From the NCBI GenBank assembly GCA_964016885.1, contig OZ024757.1:30938001-31002000 (forward strand): a stretch of 64,000 nucleotides of DNA, written 5' to 3'. Positions 58,999 to 64,000 of the stretch are shown here, one piece after another. Numbering within the stretch: the first letter of the stretch is position 1; each line of letters opens with the position of its first letter. Made by a program: the position numbers and the translations under genes. A model generated the notes under the pieces. The model made no database searches and was not told the DNA's origin. It saw nothing but the letters and a program-made list of their open reading frames with translations. This DNA is from Eledone cirrhosa (taxonomy: Eukaryota).

Positions 58999-59001
<3 letters not shown>
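58656..59001. mobile_element. Near-perfect fold-back palindrome (~170-bp arms) with a degenerate hammerhead in each arm (right copy 58893-58958 plus)
   Basis: Centre catttaatttaaatg at ~58828; TATTTTGT-CTGAGGA-stem II (catatt/aatatg)-GAAA-TATATA-TA-ACTAAATA. Confidence 0.65.
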
Positions 59002-59042
<41 letters not shown>

Positions 59043-59262
59043 ATATGTATAAGATAGGGTGTGGACCATAACTAACCAGAGTACTCGGTACTTAGGGTAG
59101 TAGAATGGGCAATATGAAGGATTTGTGACCACGACGGCTGAGCGCCGGCCGTTCAGACAGCTAGATCCAAACGTTGAGATCTAACTGTCGAAGCAGCCAT
59201 ATATATATATATGTATATATATATATACACACACACACATATATATAGATATATACACACAC

Positions 59263-59316
<54 letters not shown>

Positions 59317-59394
59317 ATATATATATATATGTATATATATATATACACACACACATATATATATATATATATACACACATATATATATATACAC

Positions 59395-59439
<45 letters not shown>

Positions 59440-59452
59440 TATATATATATAT

Positions 59453-59493
<41 letters not shown>

Positions 59494-59519
59494 TATATAT
59501 ATGTGTATATATATATATG

Positions 59520-59567
<48 letters not shown>

Positions 59568-59576
59568 CACACACAC

Positions 59577-59608
<32 letters not shown>

Positions 59609-59611
59609 GTG

Positions 59612-59669
<58 letters not shown>

Positions 59670-59673
59670 CACA

Positions 59674-59710
<37 letters not shown>

Positions 59711-60145
59711 GGATGATTTCTAATGAATGAAACAGTTCTAGTCCTGTAGAATCTCATCTATATTAAAACTGTTATACTCTGCTATGTATTGAGTACCTTA
59801 CTTACTGTGGTTACCTCCGATTCAACCCGGAATAACGTATATATATATATATATATAGAAATGGCCTCTACAGGATTGGAACTGTTTCATTTGGAGGAAA
59901 TCATCAGGAATATATATAATCGAATTTCGTATTTCTAAAAAATACGGTATGTTTATAGATAAACATTTAGAAAGCCGTAGCTATGCAAAACACAAGGGCC
60001 CTCCCATGATAGCCCAGGTGTTTTACATCGCTACGGCTTTCTAAATATTTACCTGTAAACATATTGTATTTCTTTAGACATACAAAATTTCAATATATAT
60101 CTGTATACAGCTATGCATGAAGCTAAATCCTAATTCTATTCTCAT

Positions 60146-60210
<65 letters not shown>

Positions 60211-60211
<1 letters not shown>

Positions 60212-60532
60212 TAGCTGAATTACCCGAGCCTTGCTGGGTTTCACACATTTCTTTGTAAGTAAATGATGATTGATTTTAAATTAGTGATATAATTTATAGA
60301 GAAACACTCCATTAGGGTATCTTAATATTATTGAAATTTGCTGATAAGTATATTTCATTTTAATCAAAGGGTATGTGCCCCCAGGGAACCCTTTGATTAA
60401 AATGAAATATACTTATCCAAGTACCCTAGGCAATGTAGTTTCAGAATATATATGGTTATGGGAGTCTATCTCCAAAACCATAGGAGTAGTTCGTGAACAA
60501 ACAAACAAACAAACAGACAAACAGGTACTACA

Positions 60533-60540
<8 letters not shown>
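60211..60540 (+). mobile_element. Probable non-autonomous Helitron/Helentron-like element
   Basis: Starts ctagctgaattacccgagccttgctgggt (subterminal hairpin), internal 30-bp inverted repeat (60343-60418), (caaa)n/cagaca tract before the 3' end, inserted in (TA)n. Confidence 0.4.
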
Positions 60541-60574
<34 letters not shown>

Positions 60575-60871
60575 GGAGGTGAGTTTTATTGTAGCACAAT
60601 AAAGCAATGCAAATATTGCATAAGTAGCACTCTACAGTTTGTAGGACTGGAGTATAAATAATATAATCTCTCTATCACCCATCTCTCCTCCTCTCTCATC
60701 CTTCCTTCTTATACTCCTCCCCCACCATTCTTTACTCTCATCTCCTGCTCTTCCTTACCCCCCCCCCCTCGTTTTTCCCAATCTCATACATCAATCTTAA
60801 ATTATTTTTCATATGTTGATTTAAAACTTCACTATTCACAAGTGTTTTTTAAGCTTCATATCATGTATCTC

Positions 60872-60942
60872 TATTTTATCTGATGAAAACGCAGATATCG
60901 TCCCATGATGATATTTGTTTTTGAAATGCGTATAATAAAATA
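60872..60942 (+). ncRNA. Type I hammerhead ribozyme within a dispersed repeat
   Basis: TATTTTAT-CTGATGA-long stem II (gcagatatcgtc/gatgatatttgt, loop ccat)-GAAA-TGCGTA-TA-ATAAAATA. Confidence 0.75.
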
Positions 60943-61231
60943 CTTGGAACTCTTTTAACAATCTTTTGATCTTATATTATATATATATATATATATATAT
61001 AATAAGGGGACATGAAGGTTTTATTTTTTCACCTCCATTTTATTTCCTATTATGCAGCATTTCAGAGGTGATAAATAGCTTAATAGCTTCTTGTTCAATC
61101 GCATCACTCGTCAAATAGGTGATTTAATTATGGAAGATGGCATTTTATATGTTATACTTCCATGTAGTATATAGTTTTTTCTAGAGTTGACTCCAATCAG
61201 TATTACTTTTATCATTCTGCCTGTTGTTGAT

Positions 61232-61292
<61 letters not shown>

Positions 61293-61520
61293 TATATATA
61301 TGTGTGGGTATATATATATATATGCGTATATATATATATATGTATATATATATATGTATATATATGTATAAATATATATGTATATATAATATTAAGGATA
61401 CTATTTATAGTTATGTATATTTTAAACTATAAACAGGGAATGTCAGTAATTTATTACTACCTTATTACCAGTAAGATAAATAGCTCAATGTAATAACATC
61501 AGTTGTTCTACAGAGCAGTT

Positions 61521-61838
61521 ATATAGAATTCACAAGAATCAAAGCTATGTTCAAAGCATTTATTCACTTACAATTGTTTCATTCAAACCTAGGCTTGGGG
61601 TCTTCAGAGCATTTTTCAATGTTTGTAGATATAATTGACTTCCTATCCAACTCAGGAGACATACAGATGTACATCAATATATATATATGTATTTGTATGT
61701 CTCCTGCGTTGGATAGGAGTTCAATTATATGTACAAACATTAATAAATGCTCTGAAGACTCCAAGCCTAGGTTTGGATGAAACAATTGTAAGTGAATAAA
61801 TGCTTTGAACATAGCTTTGATTCTTGTGAATTCTATAT
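61521..61838. mobile_element. Fold-back palindrome (~150-bp arms) with a hammerhead in each arm (right copy 61749-61793 plus)
   Basis: Mirror ORFs [12 protein letters not shown] on both strands reflect the symmetry; GCT-CTGAAGA-c tccaagcc ta ggtttgga t-GAAA-CAATTG-TA-AGT with palindromic stem III ACAATTGT; stem I short. Confidence 0.7.
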
Positions 61839-61839
61839 G

Positions 61840-61870
<31 letters not shown>

Positions 61871-61877
61871 GTATATG

Positions 61878-61944
<67 letters not shown>

Positions 61945-62049
61945 GTATATATGTATATATATATATATGTATATATATATATGTATATATACATATGTAT
62001 GTATATATATATATATGTATATATATATATGTATATATACATATGTATG

Positions 62050-62083
<34 letters not shown>

Positions 62084-62127
62084 TATGTATATACATATGT
62101 ATATATATGTATATGAATATGAATATA

Positions 62128-62166
<39 letters not shown>

Positions 62167-62197
62167 GAATATGAATATATGTGTATATACATATATA

Positions 62198-62238
<41 letters not shown>

Positions 62239-62552
62239 CCTTAATGATATTAGCTTTTAAAGAATCTCCCTTTTCTTTAATTCTATCGACCATGACTGAC
62301 CCCCCACTGATTTTATAGACATCTGTTAGCTTAAGAGAAACTTATTGACAAGGAATGGTATGCCATCCGGAACCTGTTTATAGAATTCTGTCTGCCCTTG
62401 TTACTCTAAAAACATAAATAAATAAAAATAAACTATAGCTTTGTAGAATTAGCTTTTAATGAATTCCCTTTTCTATCAACCAATGACCTGCACCCCACCC
62501 TCTCCTACCACTTGTAGAGACCTATAAATACCATATTTATTTTTTGATACCC

Positions 62553-62603
62553 AGATTCCTGATGATTTCTAATGAATGAAACAGTTCTAGTCCTGTAGAA
62601 TCT
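62553..62603 (+). ncRNA. Type I hammerhead-like motif of a dispersed short repeat family
   Basis: AGATTC-CTGATGA-tttc taat gaat-GAAA-CAG ttctagtc CTG-TA-GAATCT; GUA triplet; U-U instead of the usual G-C at the base of stem II. Related degraded copies near 5911-5960 (-), 27878-27927 (-), 59712-59755 (+), 59858-59910 (-). Confidence 0.6.
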
Positions 62604-62605
62604 CA

Positions 62606-62641
<36 letters not shown>

Positions 62642-63357
62642 AACGAGTAGGACCCCGACGGCTGAGCTCAAGCCGTTTGGACGGCTAATTCTTACCACAT
62701 TTCCTTCGTTATATATATATATATATATATAACGCACACACACACACATATATTCATATACACACACACACATATACATTATATATATATATATATACAC
62801 ACACATATATTCATATACACACACATATTCATATACACACACACACATATACATTATATATATATATACACACACATATATTCATATACACACACACATA
62901 TATTCATATACACATACATATATTCATATACACACACACACATATACATTATATATATATATATATATGCACACACATATATTCATATACACACACACAT
63001 ATATTCATATACACACACATATATTCATATACACACACATATATTCATATACACAAATACATATATGTATGTACGCATGTTTCTATGTATGTATGTGTTA
63101 GTGTATTTACATAGACACATACACATACACACTCTCACACACCACACATTACACACCACAGACATATATATAGAGAGAGAAAGAGAGAGATAGATGAGTG
63201 TTATCAATTAATCAATAAATACTTGTATATGTCAGGAAATTGCTGCACAAAGCAAAATAAAACGAGTAAAAGATTAGGAAAACCAGCAACAAGTGGAAAG
63301 ATAATGAGAATTAGCAACAAACAACAGGAAGTGAGAAATAGCAACACACAGACACAC

Positions 63358-63390
<33 letters not shown>

Positions 63391-63427
63391 CATGGAGGCA
63401 CGTATATATATATACATATATATAGAT

Positions 63428-63552
63428 GGAGGCACATGGCTTAGTGGTTAGAGCATTGGCCTTGCAATCGAAAGGTTGTGGTGATGTGTTGTTTCCTTGA
63501 GCAAGACACTTCATTTCACATTGCTCCAGTTTACTCAGCTGTAGAAATGAGA
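63428..63552 (+). mobile_element. SINE family A 5' half (a 3' half lies on the minus strand at 63748-63925)
   Basis: ggaggcacatggcttagtggttagagc...gtagaaatgagat. Confidence 0.8.
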
Positions 63553-64000
63553 TATATATATGTGTCTGTATATGTATGTCTGTATATATATGTATATATT
63601 TGTGTCTGTGTGACATGTGTATGTGTCTGTATGTATATGTCTGTATGTATATGTCTGTATTTATATATATATATATATATATATGAATATATATATATAT
63701 ATATATGAATATATATAAATATATATATATGTATATATATATATATATCATCATCATCATCATCATCATTTTACGTCCACTTTTCCCTGCTTGCAAGGGT
63801 GGGACGGGAACTGATTCTGGCTTGATTTCTACAGCTGGATGTCCTTCCTAACACCAACCTCATTTACAGTGAGTGCTGGGTGCTTTTTGCCGTGGCACCT
63901 CCACGACCACTTTGCAGTGGAATGATATTCACATAGACACATACACACATACACACAGACATACACATACAGATAGACATATATGTGGCTGTATGTATAT

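Overview
Eukaryotic, AT-rich, microsatellite-saturated DNA; the tRNA-derived SINEs, RTE-type LINE remnants and repeat landscape suggest a cephalopod (octopus-like) genome (inference). Almost all ORF-track entries are simple-repeat artefacts. The dominant feature is a ~12 kb array of near-identical 468-bp units (12143-24114) that flips orientation at 20358/20359. Each unit carries a complete type I hammerhead ribozyme (HHR) inside a heavily base-paired RNA, i.e. a retrozyme-like (putative circular RNA-producing) array with 25 intact ribozyme cores. The window also contains several other, sequence-distinct type I HHR motifs, three of them as head-to-head pairs in ~320-350 bp fold-back palindromes. 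Two candidate minus-strand coding exons (52336-52434 and a 24-nt micro-exon at 7285-7308) suggest most of the window is one ~45 kb intron, possibly of an EF-hand rhomboid (RHBDL1/3-like) gene. MITEs (piggyBac-, hAT-, Tc1/mariner-like) and many minisatellites fill the rest.
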